Both the position numbers and the translations under genes were made by a program. A stretch of 64,000 nucleotides of DNA from Candidatus Latescibacterota bacterium (GTDB lineage Bacteria > Latescibacterota > UBA2968), in the NCBI GenBank assembly GCA_965116885.1, contig OZ220741.1:2464001-2528000 (forward strand), written 5' to 3'. Shown piece after piece: positions 1 to 9,600 of this stretch (positions are counted from its first letter, which is position 1; each line of letters opens with the position of its first letter). The notes below the pieces were generated by a model, which saw only the letters and a list, made by a program, of their open reading frames with translations, ran no database searches and was not told the DNA's origin.

Positions 1-367
1 GGTGCAAGAGCCTTTGATTTTGTTTCACACGGATTCCATATCGCGCAAAATTGTGGATGAGCGATTTGGGGAAGCAGGTGTGTCTCCCGGCGTGGTGATG
101 GAGATGCGAAGTCCGGAGGCGATGCGAAAGCTGGTGGAGGTCGGTGTGGGGATTTCGTTTTTGCCTATGCTGACTGTGCAGGAGTCCCTAAGTGCCGGGG
201 CGTTAAAGGTGGTGGATGTGGAGGGCGTGGCATTTAGCCGCGAGGTCGGTGTGGCGTGGCGGCAAGGACGCTATTTTAGCGCGGCGATTCGGTATCTGAT
301 TGAGGCGATTTTTGGAGCATATCAAGGGCTGGAGATCTGGCACAAGAAGGTGGGGATTGCAAAATGA
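1..367 (+). CDS. LysR-family regulator, C-terminal substrate-binding domain (5' partial)
   Basis: EMRSPEAMRKLVEVGVGISFLP...REVGVAWRQGRYFSAA resembles the LysR effector domain; runs off the window edge. Confidence 0.85.
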   Translation, partial: VQEPLILFHTDSISRKIVDERFGEAGVSPGVVMEMRSPEAMRKLVEVGVGISFLPMLTVQESLSAGALKVVDVEGVAFSREVGVAWRQGRYFSAAIRYLIEAIFGAYQGLEIWHKKVGIAK

Positions 368-372
368 GTACG

Positions 373-1542
373 CTAAAACTTGAATATTTTGCGTTCGGTT
401 TGTTCAAGGGTTTGTTCGATGAGGGGGGCGAGGTCGAGCGTGGATTCGATTTCGCGGACTTTTTCCAAATTGGCGCGCGTTTCGGGGTGTTTGGGGACAA
501 AGACAGAACAACAATCTTCGTAGGGTTCAATGGAGATTTGATATGTGCCAATGCGCCGGGCCTCGTTGATGATTTCTTCTTTGTTGTCACCGGCTAATGG
601 TCGCAAGATAGGCAGCGGGATAACATCTTCGATGACGCGCATGTTCGACAGGGTTTGCGAGGCGACCTGTCCGACGTTTTCGCCTGTGACGAGTGCCTGG
701 GCATTGACTTTTTGGGCTATGGCTTCTGCAATGAGAAGCATGGCGCGGCGGTAGAGAATGACGCGGTAGCTCGCAGGTGCTCGCATCATTATATGGCGTT
801 GAATTTCGACGAATGGCACCAGGTACAGGTCCGACACGTATTGATGCCGGGTGAGGAGTTGCACGAGGTCTTCGGTGTTGCGCTGGGAGTTGCGATTGGT
901 ATAGGGCTGGCTGTGAAAATGCACATAAGTCAATTTGACGCCGCGTTTCATAATTTTGTAAGAAGCTACGGGTGAGTCAATGCCCGAGGAGATGAGGCTT
1001 ACTGCGCGTTCATTGGATCCGACGGGCAAACCCCCTGGTGCCGAAATTTTTTCGGCGTAGATAAATATGCGTTGTGGGGCAATTTCAATAAAGCAGGTGA
1101 GGTCTGGATTGTCCATCAGGACGCGGGCACCCGACAGGGTTTGAATATGCTTGCCCACATCCCGATTGATCTGGTCCGAATTGAGGGGAAAGGTTTTGTC
1201 GCCGCGTCTGGTGACAATTTTGAAGGATTGAAAGTCGGTTTTTTGTGCAAGTGCCCAGGCTGTTTCTCGAATGGCTTCGATATTGCGTTTGGCGACCACT
1301 GCTTCGGAAAAGTTGGCGATGCCAAAGACTGTTGAGAGTCGTTCTCGGATTACATCTATCGGCGATTCTGAGGTGAGTGCGAGCATCATGCGGCCCGATA
1401 GACGTTCGAGCTTTCCGCAGGGTACGTCTTTGAGTGCGCGGTTGATGTTGGTCATCAGACGCCGTTCAAATTTGCCCCGATTTTTGCCTTTGAGGCCAAT
1501 TTCGTGATAGTGTATGAGTATGAAGCGGTCGTTGGTCGTCAT
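373..1542 (-). CDS. thiI: tRNA 4-thiouridine synthase ThiI
   Basis: HYHEIGLKGKNR N-terminus, THUMP domain, PP-loop SSGIDSPVA, SQTLSN, ILRPL, EDCC. Confidence 0.95.
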   Translation of the reverse strand: MTTNDRFILIHYHEIGLKGKNRGKFERRLMTNINRALKDVPCGKLERLSGRMMLALTSESPIDVIRERLSTVFGIANFSEAVVAKRNIEAIRETAWALAQKTDFQSFKIVTRRGDKTFPLNSDQINRDVGKHIQTLSGARVLMDNPDLTCFIEIAPQRIFIYAEKISAPGGLPVGSNERAVSLISSGIDSPVASYKIMKRGVKLTYVHFHSQPYTNRNSQRNTEDLVQLLTRHQYVSDLYLVPFVEIQRHIMMRAPASYRVILYRRAMLLIAEAIAQKVNAQALVTGENVGQVASQTLSNMRVIEDVIPLPILRPLAGDNKEEIINEARRIGTYQISIEPYEDCCSVFVPKHPETRANLEKVREIESTLDLAPLIEQTLEQTERKIFKF

Positions 1543-3122
1543 GAGATGGGTTGGGGATTAAGGGATAAATCGCGCTGGAGTATAACGAGGGTTATATCGT
1601 CGGTGCGCCGCGCGTTGCCAATAAAGGCTTTGATATTGGCGACGAGGTCGGCAATCAGGTCTGTGGGTGTCCGATCTATGGATGCGCGTTCGAGACAACG
1701 GACAAATCGGTCGTCGTCAAAGAAGTTGCGTTTGGCATTTTGGGCTTCGACAACACCGTCGGAGTAGAGCACAAGGCGATCACCGGGTGCGAGTGTTAAA
1801 TGTTCAACGCGATAGGGCGTTTGGGGGCGTACAAGTGCCGGAATGCCAAGGGGATATCCCGCGAGGTCGATAAATTGAGATCGGTTGGAAAGATGGATCG
1901 GTGGACAGTGTCCTGCACTTGCAAGCGTGACTTCGCCGGTGGGTACGTCGAGCACAGCGATGCAGCATGTGATAAATGTAGTCTGGTCAATCTGACCTTC
2001 CAGTGAGTCATTAAGACCGTCGAGAATATCGGCTGGCGCAACGCGATTTTGACATTCATAGCGGAGCATTTCATTGAAACGCACGGCGGTCACGGCTGCT
2101 TCCATGGCTTTGCCAGAGACATCGGCAACGACGATGCCGAGTTTTGTTTTGTCTTCATCCAACCAGCGGTACGTATAGTAATCCCCGCCGACGCTGTTGG
2201 CGGGAATACAGGTTCCGTCGATTGCAAAACCAGGCAGGTCGGGACTGGATTGTGGCAATAGACCCATTTGCATGTCGTGCGCTGTTTGCAATTCGTCGCG
2301 CATTTCCGAAAATTGTTGTTTGTAGCTCTCCCACTGTCGCGCTTCTTCGCAAAGGGTCTGGTTGTAGGCCGATGCAAAAATTCCGAGGGCGAGGGGTTGA
2401 AAGAGGACGAAGACACAGAGTTGGGCTAAGGCATTGTCGGTGATGCTGTCGGTGAGAGCGACTGAGCCTGCAAGAATTCCGAGCGCGGTGAGTATAAGCG
2501 CGCAGTGGCGAAAAAAGCCGTAGCGTTCTACAGCTTTGCGACTTTCGACATAGGCTTCATCGATGTGTACCCCCCGGTCTGCTGCCAGAAGATAGATATA
2601 GAAGCATTTGACAACAAAAATGAGGCCGGGTAAAAATAAGAGGCAAGCTGCCGGAATGACGGCATAATAAATAATATTTTTGTCTTCTAAGAATCTTCCA
2701 ATGTTTTCTGGTGCAGTGGGGATATCCCAGGTCGTTTCCCGAGCGACGACCTGTTTGAATGCATTGAGCAGGAATGCAAAGAAATCACTGTTCACAAAAA
2801 CCAGCGCCACAATGAGGGCGAAGCCGAGAATAAAAAACAGGAAGATAAAAATGTTCATCGAAAAAAAACGGACGAAACGAATGATCTGCCCAAATAGATC
2901 TCGCATATGGGGTTTTGCTCCTTGCTGCGCGCGCAAGATCATGATGGCAAAGCCAGCATATAAGCTGCCCAGGAGCAAAGTGCCCGATACCGCACTCAGG
3001 AGTATTGCCAAGAATGAAGCGAGGAACAAAAGGGGCAGGTGACTTGCCCAGGAAGATATGCTGTCGTTGAGACAGCGAAGGTATTGGAGATTTGCCCGAA
3101 CGGGGATATCGAGAGGAGCCAT
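1539..3122 (-). CDS. Membrane-bound PP2C/SpoIIE (RsbU-like) phosphatase
   Basis: Multi-TM N-terminus, coiled coil, VGGDYY, ADVSGK, YSDGVVEA, DDITLV motifs. Confidence 0.9.
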   Translation of the reverse strand: MAPLDIPVRANLQYLRCLNDSISSWASHLPLLFLASFLAILLSAVSGTLLLGSLYAGFAIMILRAQQGAKPHMRDLFGQIIRFVRFFSMNIFIFLFFILGFALIVALVFVNSDFFAFLLNAFKQVVARETTWDIPTAPENIGRFLEDKNIIYYAVIPAACLLFLPGLIFVVKCFYIYLLAADRGVHIDEAYVESRKAVERYGFFRHCALILTALGILAGSVALTDSITDNALAQLCVFVLFQPLALGIFASAYNQTLCEEARQWESYKQQFSEMRDELQTAHDMQMGLLPQSSPDLPGFAIDGTCIPANSVGGDYYTYRWLDEDKTKLGIVVADVSGKAMEAAVTAVRFNEMLRYECQNRVAPADILDGLNDSLEGQIDQTTFITCCIAVLDVPTGEVTLASAGHCPPIHLSNRSQFIDLAGYPLGIPALVRPQTPYRVEHLTLAPGDRLVLYSDGVVEAQNAKRNFFDDDRFVRCLERASIDRTPTDLIADLVANIKAFIGNARRTDDITLVILQRDLSLNPQPIS

Positions 3123-3127
3123 AGCAA

Positions 3128-4537
3128 TCAGGGTTTTTCTTTGTTGAGTTTGTATTTGCGGTACAGGTGGCGAAATTGGTCGTAGCTGAGTTTGAGTTGT
3201 TTGGCGGCTTCGCGCTGGTTCCAGGAGACTTTATCGAGAATGCGCCGCAATAGACTCAGTTCAAAGGATTGCACTTGTGATTCAAAGCCGTCGTTTAATT
3301 CGGGTGATTGGGGCACCTGTTGAGAAACTTCGGGTGGCAGATCGCCGGATTCAATCTCAGTTCCACGGGCGACACAGGCTGCGCGTTCGGCTGCAAATTT
3401 GAGTTCGCGCACGTTGCCCGGCCAGCGATATGTCATCAGGCGTTCTGTTGCCGCATCGGAAAAATCGCGTTTTTGAAGGCCCGGTACTTCCTCGACGATT
3501 TGCGCGACAAAATAATCGGCTAATGCGGGAATGTCTTCTCGGCGTTCGCGCAATGGGGGCATGTGCAAGACTTCAAAACGCAATCTGTCGTAGAGGTCCT
3601 GGCGGAATCGGCCTTCGGCAATTTCCGTTTCGAGATTGGTATTCGTGGCGGCAATAACGCGCACGTCGATAAAGATGGGTGTCGCGCTGCCCACGCGCTG
3701 GATTTCGCTATATTCTATGGCGCGCAATACGTTTTGTTGAAATTCGGGGGTGGTGTTGCCGATTTCATCGAGAAACAGGGTGCCGCCACTCGCGGCTTCA
3801 AATTTGCCCGTGCGGGCTTCTGTCGCGCCCGTATATGCCCCTTTTTCGTGTCCAAAGAGTTCACTTTCGAGCAATTGGTCGGCAATGGCGGCGCAATTGA
3901 CTTTGACAAAAGGACGGTCTTTGCGGTCACTGCCATAGTGGATGGCAGCGGCGACGAGTTCTTTGCCCGTTCCGGGTTCGCCCGTGATGAGCGCGGGCCG
4001 GGGGATGGGGGCTACGGTTTGCGCTCGCTGGAGAATTTGCTGGAGTTTGGGGCTGGAGCCGATGATTTGATAACGCTTGCCAAATTCGTCTCGGTAGAAT
4101 TGGTTTTCGCGCCCCAGGTCCTGAACTTCGGCTCGCAGTTGGGCGTTTTCTCTGAGTGCTTGATACACGCGGTCGAGTTTTTCAAGGCTGAGTTCGATCT
4201 TGTCTTCGATATAAAAGTCTTTTTCAATAAAGTCTGTTGCGCCCAATCGCAATGCAGCCACGGCAGTATCTATTGTGCCCTGGCCGGTGAGCATAATGAC
4301 GGGCAGGGCGGGGACCGCTTCGAGCATTTGCGGTAAAATTTCGAGGCCGTCGGGTTCATTGGGGCCGTAATCGAGGTCGAGAATGGCCAGACTAATCTGA
4401 TCGGGATACTGTTTGAGATGTGCCAGAGCTTCGCGCCCGGTCGAAAAGGCATGGACAGTGCGCGTGTCGTCTCGCAGGCTTCGAATTAGCATGTCGAGGA
4501 CTTCTATCTGGTCGTCAGCAACGATAATTTCGGTCAT
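3128..4537 (-). CDS. Sigma-54 enhancer-binding response regulator (REC-AAA+-HTH), PspF-like
   Basis: REC (ADD, LDLD, MLTG, DFIEK); [54 protein letters not shown] resembles the PspF C-terminus. Confidence 0.92.
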   Translation of the reverse strand: MTEIIVADDQIEVLDMLIRSLRDDTRTVHAFSTGREALAHLKQYPDQISLAILDLDYGPNEPDGLEILPQMLEAVPALPVIMLTGQGTIDTAVAALRLGATDFIEKDFYIEDKIELSLEKLDRVYQALRENAQLRAEVQDLGRENQFYRDEFGKRYQIIGSSPKLQQILQRAQTVAPIPRPALITGEPGTGKELVAAAIHYGSDRKDRPFVKVNCAAIADQLLESELFGHEKGAYTGATEARTGKFEAASGGTLFLDEIGNTTPEFQQNVLRAIEYSEIQRVGSATPIFIDVRVIAATNTNLETEIAEGRFRQDLYDRLRFEVLHMPPLRERREDIPALADYFVAQIVEEVPGLQKRDFSDAATERLMTYRWPGNVRELKFAAERAACVARGTEIESGDLPPEVSQQVPQSPELNDGFESQVQSFELSLLRRILDKVSWNQREAAKQLKLSYDQFRHLYRKYKLNKEKP

Positions 4538-4559
4538 GGGAGCAATATTGAAAAGGGTC

Positions 4560-5822
4560 TTATTGAATAAATTCTTCTGCTATAGGATCGCGTGAGGTGT
4601 CGGGAACGCTGTGTTGCAGACCAATGCTGTCTTGTTGTGTTGAGACTTCAAAATCGACGGGCAGGTCAATGCGGAAAACCGCACCTGCGCCCGGGCGGCT
4701 GATTACGCGCAGTGTGCCGCGGTGTGCCGCTGCAATGCGAGAGCAGATACTCAGCCCATATCCATTGCCCCTTTCCCGCGTTGAAAATCCGGGGTCAAAT
4801 ATACGGGTTTGCAAATTTTCGGGAATGCCGGGACCATTGTCTTCTACTTCAATATATACCGAACTGCGCTCTGTATCAGCGCCGACCTGTACTGTTACCA
4901 CGCCATTGTCTTCAACGGCTTCGATGGCGTTGAGGGTCAGGTTTGTGACGGCTTCAGATAGCATGCCTGCATCCGCTTTTACCTGAGGTACATGAGGTTC
5001 GGCTGCAAATGTGAGCTCTTTTTGCCCTGCTCGTGCAGAGAGTTTGTGGGTCATTTTTTCAATGAGTTGGGGCACATCGACCAGCGCGGGGTTCATGGTG
5101 TCTTGTTTCATAGATCGCAAATAGGCAACCCACTGGTTGTAGATGTGTTCTTGTTCGTGCGCGATGTCTTTAAGATCATCCAGGCCGTGTGTATCTGGCG
5201 GTACATTGCGTATGGCGCGGCGCATTCGGCTGCCGGAGAGGCCCATCAGATTTTTGATGCGGTGGCCGTGCGTGTAGAGGCTTTCATAGACCTGGGCGCG
5301 GCCCAGGTCTATGAGTTCGAGAGAGAGCCGCGCGAGAATACCCGGTGCTCTAACACCAAATTCTTCGGTGATGCTTTCGTATTCGCGTTCCATTTGCGTT
5401 GAACTCATGTGGTGAAAGAGCAATCGAGCGAGATTACCATAGGGCAGCATGTAATCGGGTTCGAGGTGTATGGCGATTTTAAACTCGCCAAGTGCCGATA
5501 AAATTTGCCCATTTTGCATGAGCAAAACGCCCAGGTTGTTGTGCCCGGGCGCGAAGAGTGGATCGGCTTCTAAACCCCGGCGATAAATGGGAATCGCGCG
5601 AGATGCGTTTTCCGGAAAGTCATCGAGCAGGCTACCCAATAAAAAACAGACGCGGTCAATGAGGGCTTGTTCACCACCCCGGTTATCGACAGACAAAATG
5701 TATTCGAGGTGTTCAACCGCTTTTTTGTAGTCGTCTGAACCCGGTGTTGCCCCGCGAGCGTGTTGTAGGGCCGTTTGGAAACGGGATTCTATGTCCGGGG
5801 CTATGTTCAGGGTGTTGGTCAT
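4560..5822 (-). CDS. Soluble TPR-containing sensor histidine kinase
   Basis: TPRs (HNNLGVLLMQNGQ, YGNLARL); H-box HRIKNLM; NLTLNAIEA, EDNGPGIP, IFDPGFST, GNGYGL. Start moved to MTNTLN to avoid overlap with flotillin. Confidence 0.88.
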   Translation of the reverse strand: MTNTLNIAPDIESRFQTALQHARGATPGSDDYKKAVEHLEYILSVDNRGGEQALIDRVCFLLGSLLDDFPENASRAIPIYRRGLEADPLFAPGHNNLGVLLMQNGQILSALGEFKIAIHLEPDYMLPYGNLARLLFHHMSSTQMEREYESITEEFGVRAPGILARLSLELIDLGRAQVYESLYTHGHRIKNLMGLSGSRMRRAIRNVPPDTHGLDDLKDIAHEQEHIYNQWVAYLRSMKQDTMNPALVDVPQLIEKMTHKLSARAGQKELTFAAEPHVPQVKADAGMLSEAVTNLTLNAIEAVEDNGVVTVQVGADTERSSVYIEVEDNGPGIPENLQTRIFDPGFSTRERGNGYGLSICSRIAAAHRGTLRVISRPGAGAVFRIDLPVDFEVSTQQDSIGLQHSVPDTSRDPIAEEFIQ

Positions 5823-5844
5823 AGCAGTACTTGTGCGTTGTCGC

Positions 5845-7365
5845 CTACGCCTCTGCGTCTTCTGTGGTATCGGGTTTGTCATTTTCCCCGGACGTTTGTT
5901 CGCCGTTCATTTTGCCCAAAAATTCGGGTAATTCAAGCCCTGCCAGACGCGCCAGATCGTGCATGGGCGGTATGGCACCCATGAGGCGTTGTCCCAGGTT
6001 GGACATGCCACTGTCGCCATTGCCGCTATCCCAGACCATTACTTTGTCGATGGGCAGGTTGCTAATGGCCTCTGCCTGGATGTTGGCGACTTCGGTGAGG
6101 CGTTCGATGATCAGGAAGGCCGCTGCAGCTTGATCGTTGCTGCCACAGGCTTCAACGAGTTGTCTGTATCCTTCGGCTTTCGCGTTGAGAATGGCCTGAG
6201 TCCCCTCAGCTTCTGCCTGTTTTTGTGCGAGAATGGCTGCGGCTTCACCTTCGGCAATAAGCCGTCGCTGTTCTTTTTCGGCTTCTGCTTGAACGACCTG
6301 GCGCTGTTTTTCGGCTTCTGCCTGAACGACGATTTCTGCCCGCAAACGCGCTTCTTCGCGCAGTGCTCGGGCTTCTTCGGCTGCTTTTTCCGCGGTTTCC
6401 TGGGCGACGCGAATGGCACCGTCGGCACCTTTGGCCGCTTCTTCTGCTTTTCGGCGCGCTTCTTCTTCTGCAACGCGTTGCTGTGCGCGATAGCCCGCTG
6501 TTTTTGCTTCGGCTTCTGTTTCTGACTGTACGGCTTCTGCTTCGAGAGCGGCGACATTTTGGCGTTTGTCTCGCCCTGCCTCGGCTTCGCCAATTTCTGC
6601 TTCTGATTCGAGTGCGGCGACCTGTCGTCGTCTGTTTCGCGCGGCTTCGGCTTCGCCCACTTCGGCTTCTGATTCGGCTGCGGCGACGTCCCGACGGCGG
6701 TCGCGTGCGCGTTCGGCCACGCCGACCTGTCCGTGTCGCTCTTGCTCGGCCACGTCGATAGATGCCTGGTTCACGGCTTCAGCGGCAGCTTTTTGGCCGA
6801 TGGCTTTGATGTAGCCGCTTTCGTCGTCGAGGTCTTTGATGTTGACATTGATAACGGCCAGACCAATTTTTTCCATTTCAGTGGAGACGGCATCATTAAC
6901 TTTGGTCATGAATGCCTGTCGGTCCTGATTGATTTCTTCAATTTTCATGGTTGCAATGACTGCGCGCATCTGGCCGAGGATGATGTCCTGTGCCTGGCTC
7001 TGAATTTGATCGCGGGACAGGCCCAGGAGGCGGATGGCTGCGTTTTGCATGACGCCGGGCTGATTGGAGATGGCTGCTGTGACTGTGGTGGGCACGGATA
7101 CGCGGATGTTTTCCTGTGATAGCGCGTTGTCCAGGTCGATGGGTACGACAAAGGGTTCGAGGTCGAGGTACTCGTAATCCTGCAAAAGGGGCAGGACAAA
7201 TGCTGCGCCGCCGTGTACACATTTTGCGGCTGTGCCACCTCCTGTTTTGCCGTAGATGACGAGAATTTTGTTGGATGGACAGCGCTTGTAACGCGAGATA
7301 AATGTGAGGAACAGCAATAATACAACGGCTGATAGGAGTACGGTGAGAATGAATTCGGTGGGCAT
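5845..7365 (-). CDS. Flotillin / SPFH-domain protein (YqiK/FloT-like)
   Basis: N-terminal TM, RYKRCPSNKILVIYG, SPFH domain, long AE-rich coiled coil with 22-aa repeats. Confidence 0.93.
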   Translation of the reverse strand: MPTEFILTVLLSAVVLLLFLTFISRYKRCPSNKILVIYGKTGGGTAAKCVHGGAAFVLPLLQDYEYLDLEPFVVPIDLDNALSQENIRVSVPTTVTAAISNQPGVMQNAAIRLLGLSRDQIQSQAQDIILGQMRAVIATMKIEEINQDRQAFMTKVNDAVSTEMEKIGLAVINVNIKDLDDESGYIKAIGQKAAAEAVNQASIDVAEQERHGQVGVAERARDRRRDVAAAESEAEVGEAEAARNRRRQVAALESEAEIGEAEAGRDKRQNVAALEAEAVQSETEAEAKTAGYRAQQRVAEEEARRKAEEAAKGADGAIRVAQETAEKAAEEARALREEARLRAEIVVQAEAEKQRQVVQAEAEKEQRRLIAEGEAAAILAQKQAEAEGTQAILNAKAEGYRQLVEACGSNDQAAAAFLIIERLTEVANIQAEAISNLPIDKVMVWDSGNGDSGMSNLGQRLMGAIPPMHDLARLAGLELPEFLGKMNGEQTSGENDKPDTTEDAEA

Positions 7366-7386
7366 AGGACCTCCCTTGGTTCAGGA

Positions 7387-7986
7387 TTAAATGGGTTCGA
7401 CTTCAACAGTGGTTATGTCGAGTGTTCGCAATACGCGCACCGGCGTTTTGTTCTGGATGGGCAGCCCGTCTTTGCTGCGCGCAGAGATGTAGTTGACAGC
7501 CCCGCTTTCCATTACGCGGATTTGACCAGCGCCATTTTCGGGGATGTCGATATAGACTTCGCCTTCATTGCCGATGCAGGATGATAGGTTTCGGTTATGC
7601 GATTCGGAGAGTTGTTGCACTTTGTAGAAGAAGTACGCAACCAGGACCATCCCCGCGCCGCCCCATACGAGGCCGCGTAGAACCGACTCTTCGATTGAGA
7701 GGCCCAGGTCGAGGTAGAGTGCGCCTGCCCATCCAAAGAGCATGCCAAAGGCGATCACAGAGCGCAGTGAGAGCAGTTGAAAGGTTGCGACACCGTGATC
7801 ATAAGGACTATTATCGACATCTGGTCCTGCATCGTTGGCATTGAAGTCGTCGGCAAGGCCATCTGCGGAATCGCCCAGGCCGATGAGTGTTGTGATAAAT
7901 TGCCAGAGAAACAAAAGGGTGAAGAAGACAGCGCAGCCATAGAATGCCTGATTGAGAGGCGCGAGTTCTGACCACCATGCCTGCAT
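7387..7986 (-). CDS. NfeD-like membrane protein (YqiJ/YuaF-like), flotillin partner
   Basis: TM helices, LLSLRSVIAF, C-terminal OB fold (IGNEGEVYIDIP...GQIRV); GGAGG RBS before MQAWW. Confidence 0.88.
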   Translation of the reverse strand: MQAWWSELAPLNQAFYGCAVFFTLLFLWQFITTLIGLGDSADGLADDFNANDAGPDVDNSPYDHGVATFQLLSLRSVIAFGMLFGWAGALYLDLGLSIEESVLRGLVWGGAGMVLVAYFFYKVQQLSESHNRNLSSCIGNEGEVYIDIPENGAGQIRVMESGAVNYISARSKDGLPIQNKTPVRVLRTLDITTVEVEPI

Positions 7987-8121
7987 AATTAACCTCCAGA
8001 AATCGATTGCGCGTTTTATCAACTACTTTGGGCAGAGAAGTAGGAAACTGCGACGCGTGAACCTGTTATTCCTAAATTTGTCCATGAGAGAGGCGAAAAG
8101 CAAGGGTTATTTCTTATCCGG

Positions 8122-8712
8122 TCATCCGGGTTGTAAACCGAGTTTGCGAAATTCGCTTTTGAGTTGGCGACGGGCGCGGCACAGCCATGTTTTGACGGTT
8201 CCAAGTGGAACGCGAAGCGCCTGTGTGATTTCTTCGTAAGACCAGTCCATGACGTAGCGCAACCACATGGCTTTGCGATAGCGTTCGGGTAAGTTTTGAA
8301 TGCTTTTGTGGACCAATTGTATGCGTTCGCGTTTTTCGACTATTTGGTCTGGTAGCGCGCCGGGTATGAGGTCGCGGATGACGTTGCGAACGACTTCGGG
8401 GTCTTCGGTTTGATAGACCCAGTTTTGCCGAACTTGTTGCGAGCGCAGGTGCGAGCGATAGACGTTGAGGGCAATTTGCGTGAGCCAGGTCGAAAATGCT
8501 GCCTGGCCTTTGAATGTGTGAAGCGAGCGATAGGCGCGGAAAAATGTGTCTTGCATCAGGTCGTCAATGGTATCGCGGTCCGAAATGCGCTGTGCGAGGG
8601 TGCCGTAGATCTGGTTCTGGTATTTGTGGTAGAGTTTTTCAAAGGCTCGGCTGTCGCCCGAGAGGGATGCGCGAATCAGATTTTGATCCTGTGTTTTCAC
8701 TTTTTTCTCCAT
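8122..8712 (-). CDS. ECF sigma-70 factor (SigW/RpoE-like)
   Basis: GDSRAFEKLY, DLMQDTFFRAY, AFSTWLTQIALN, SYEEI..LGTVKTWLCRAR. Confidence 0.93.
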   Translation of the reverse strand: MEKKVKTQDQNLIRASLSGDSRAFEKLYHKYQNQIYGTLAQRISDRDTIDDLMQDTFFRAYRSLHTFKGQAAFSTWLTQIALNVYRSHLRSQQVRQNWVYQTEDPEVVRNVIRDLIPGALPDQIVEKRERIQLVHKSIQNLPERYRKAMWLRYVMDWSYEEITQALRVPLGTVKTWLCRARRQLKSEFRKLGLQPG

Positions 8713-8770
8713 TCGTTAAGATAATTCGTTTATTACTATTCTCTTGTTTGTAACAAGACGGATTTTTCCG

Positions 8771-8941
8771 TCAGTCTCTTTTGATCAAGCGATAACCGAT
8801 CATAATACATATAACGGCGATGGCGAGTTTGAGCAGGAGAAAGAGTAGCCCAAATAGAGAGCCGATGAGCGGGAAGAGAACCTGGATGGCGATAATGCCA
8901 CCGATGATGATGAGTACGATGCCGATGAGTTTTGCCAACAT
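8771..8941 (-). CDS. 56-aa two-TM small membrane protein (absent from ORF track)
   Basis: Hand translation MLAKLIGIVLIIIGGIIAIQVLFPLIGSLFGLLFLLLKLAIAVICIMIGYRLIKRD*; AAAGGA RBS; fills the operon gap. Confidence 0.8.
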   Translation of the reverse strand: MLAKLIGIVLIIIGGIIAIQVLFPLIGSLFGLLFLLLKLAIAVICIMIGYRLIKRD

Positions 8942-8972
8942 GAGGTGTCCTTTTTATTTGTGAGGTTGTCCG

Positions 8973-9332
8973 TCATTCCGAGATGGTTTGCGGAGGTGAA
9001 AGTGACTTAACGGGCGAGCGGCTTTCGAGACGCTCGAGTTTGTCGTCGTTGGTGATGACGATATCTTGAAGGTCGATGAGGCGTTTTTCAAGTTCTTTCA
9101 CGCGTTTTGATAGTTTTTCAGACAGGTTGTTGTTTTTTGTCGATTTGTTTCTTTTTTTATTTTCTGACTCAAATGCGAATACGAGGGCGACAATGGTAAT
9201 GATAGCCATGGCAACCCAGGCCGCCGCCAGGATGAGGCCACCTCCAAATGTTGGGTTTTCAATATAGGCAATTGTACCGCCTGCAAGAATAATTAGACTG
9301 ATACCAACCGTGAGTGAGAGAAAGATGCGCAT
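8973..9332 (-). CDS. PspB-like membrane protein with cytoplasmic coiled coil (paralogue 3)
   Basis: Two TM segments plus RVKELEKRLIDLQDIVITNDDKL; GGGAGG RBS. Confidence 0.7.
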   Translation of the reverse strand: MRIFLSLTVGISLIILAGGTIAYIENPTFGGGLILAAAWVAMAIITIVALVFAFESENKKRNKSTKNNNLSEKLSKRVKELEKRLIDLQDIVITNDDKLERLESRSPVKSLSPPQTISE

Positions 9333-9355
9333 GGTGCCCTCCCTGTTAGTTTAAG

Positions 9356-9589
9356 TTAGCGAGAAATAGGCGATCGCTCGAATTTTTCGTCAATGGTGAT
9401 GAGGATGTCCTGAATGTCCGTGAGTCTGCGGTCGAGTTCGTCCATTCTCTCATTCAAGCGTTTTTCCGCATCGCTGGGGATAGATCCTTTTGTGCGGCGG
9501 TCAATGTATTTGTGTACTGCTGATGCAATGGCTCCTACAATGATGATCAGCAATATGCCACCCATAGTGACACCAATAACATTAGTCAT
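9356..9589 (-). CDS. PspB-like single-TM coiled-coil protein (paralogue 2)
   Basis: TM plus RMDELDRRLTDIQDILITIDEK; AGGAGG RBS. Confidence 0.72.
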   Translation of the reverse strand: MTNVIGVTMGGILLIIIVGAIASAVHKYIDRRTKGSIPSDAEKRLNERMDELDRRLTDIQDILITIDEKFERSPISR

Positions 9590-9600
9590 GTTACCCCTCC

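Noticed and set aside
3563..4336. Long antisense ORFs (also 5959..6525, 24892..25539, 46285..47043, 57692..58486, 60877..61755)
   Set aside because: They lie opposite well-supported genes and have no recognisable motifs.
6530..6720. 66-nt periodic repeats
   Set aside because: Flotillin coiled-coil repeats within the CDS.
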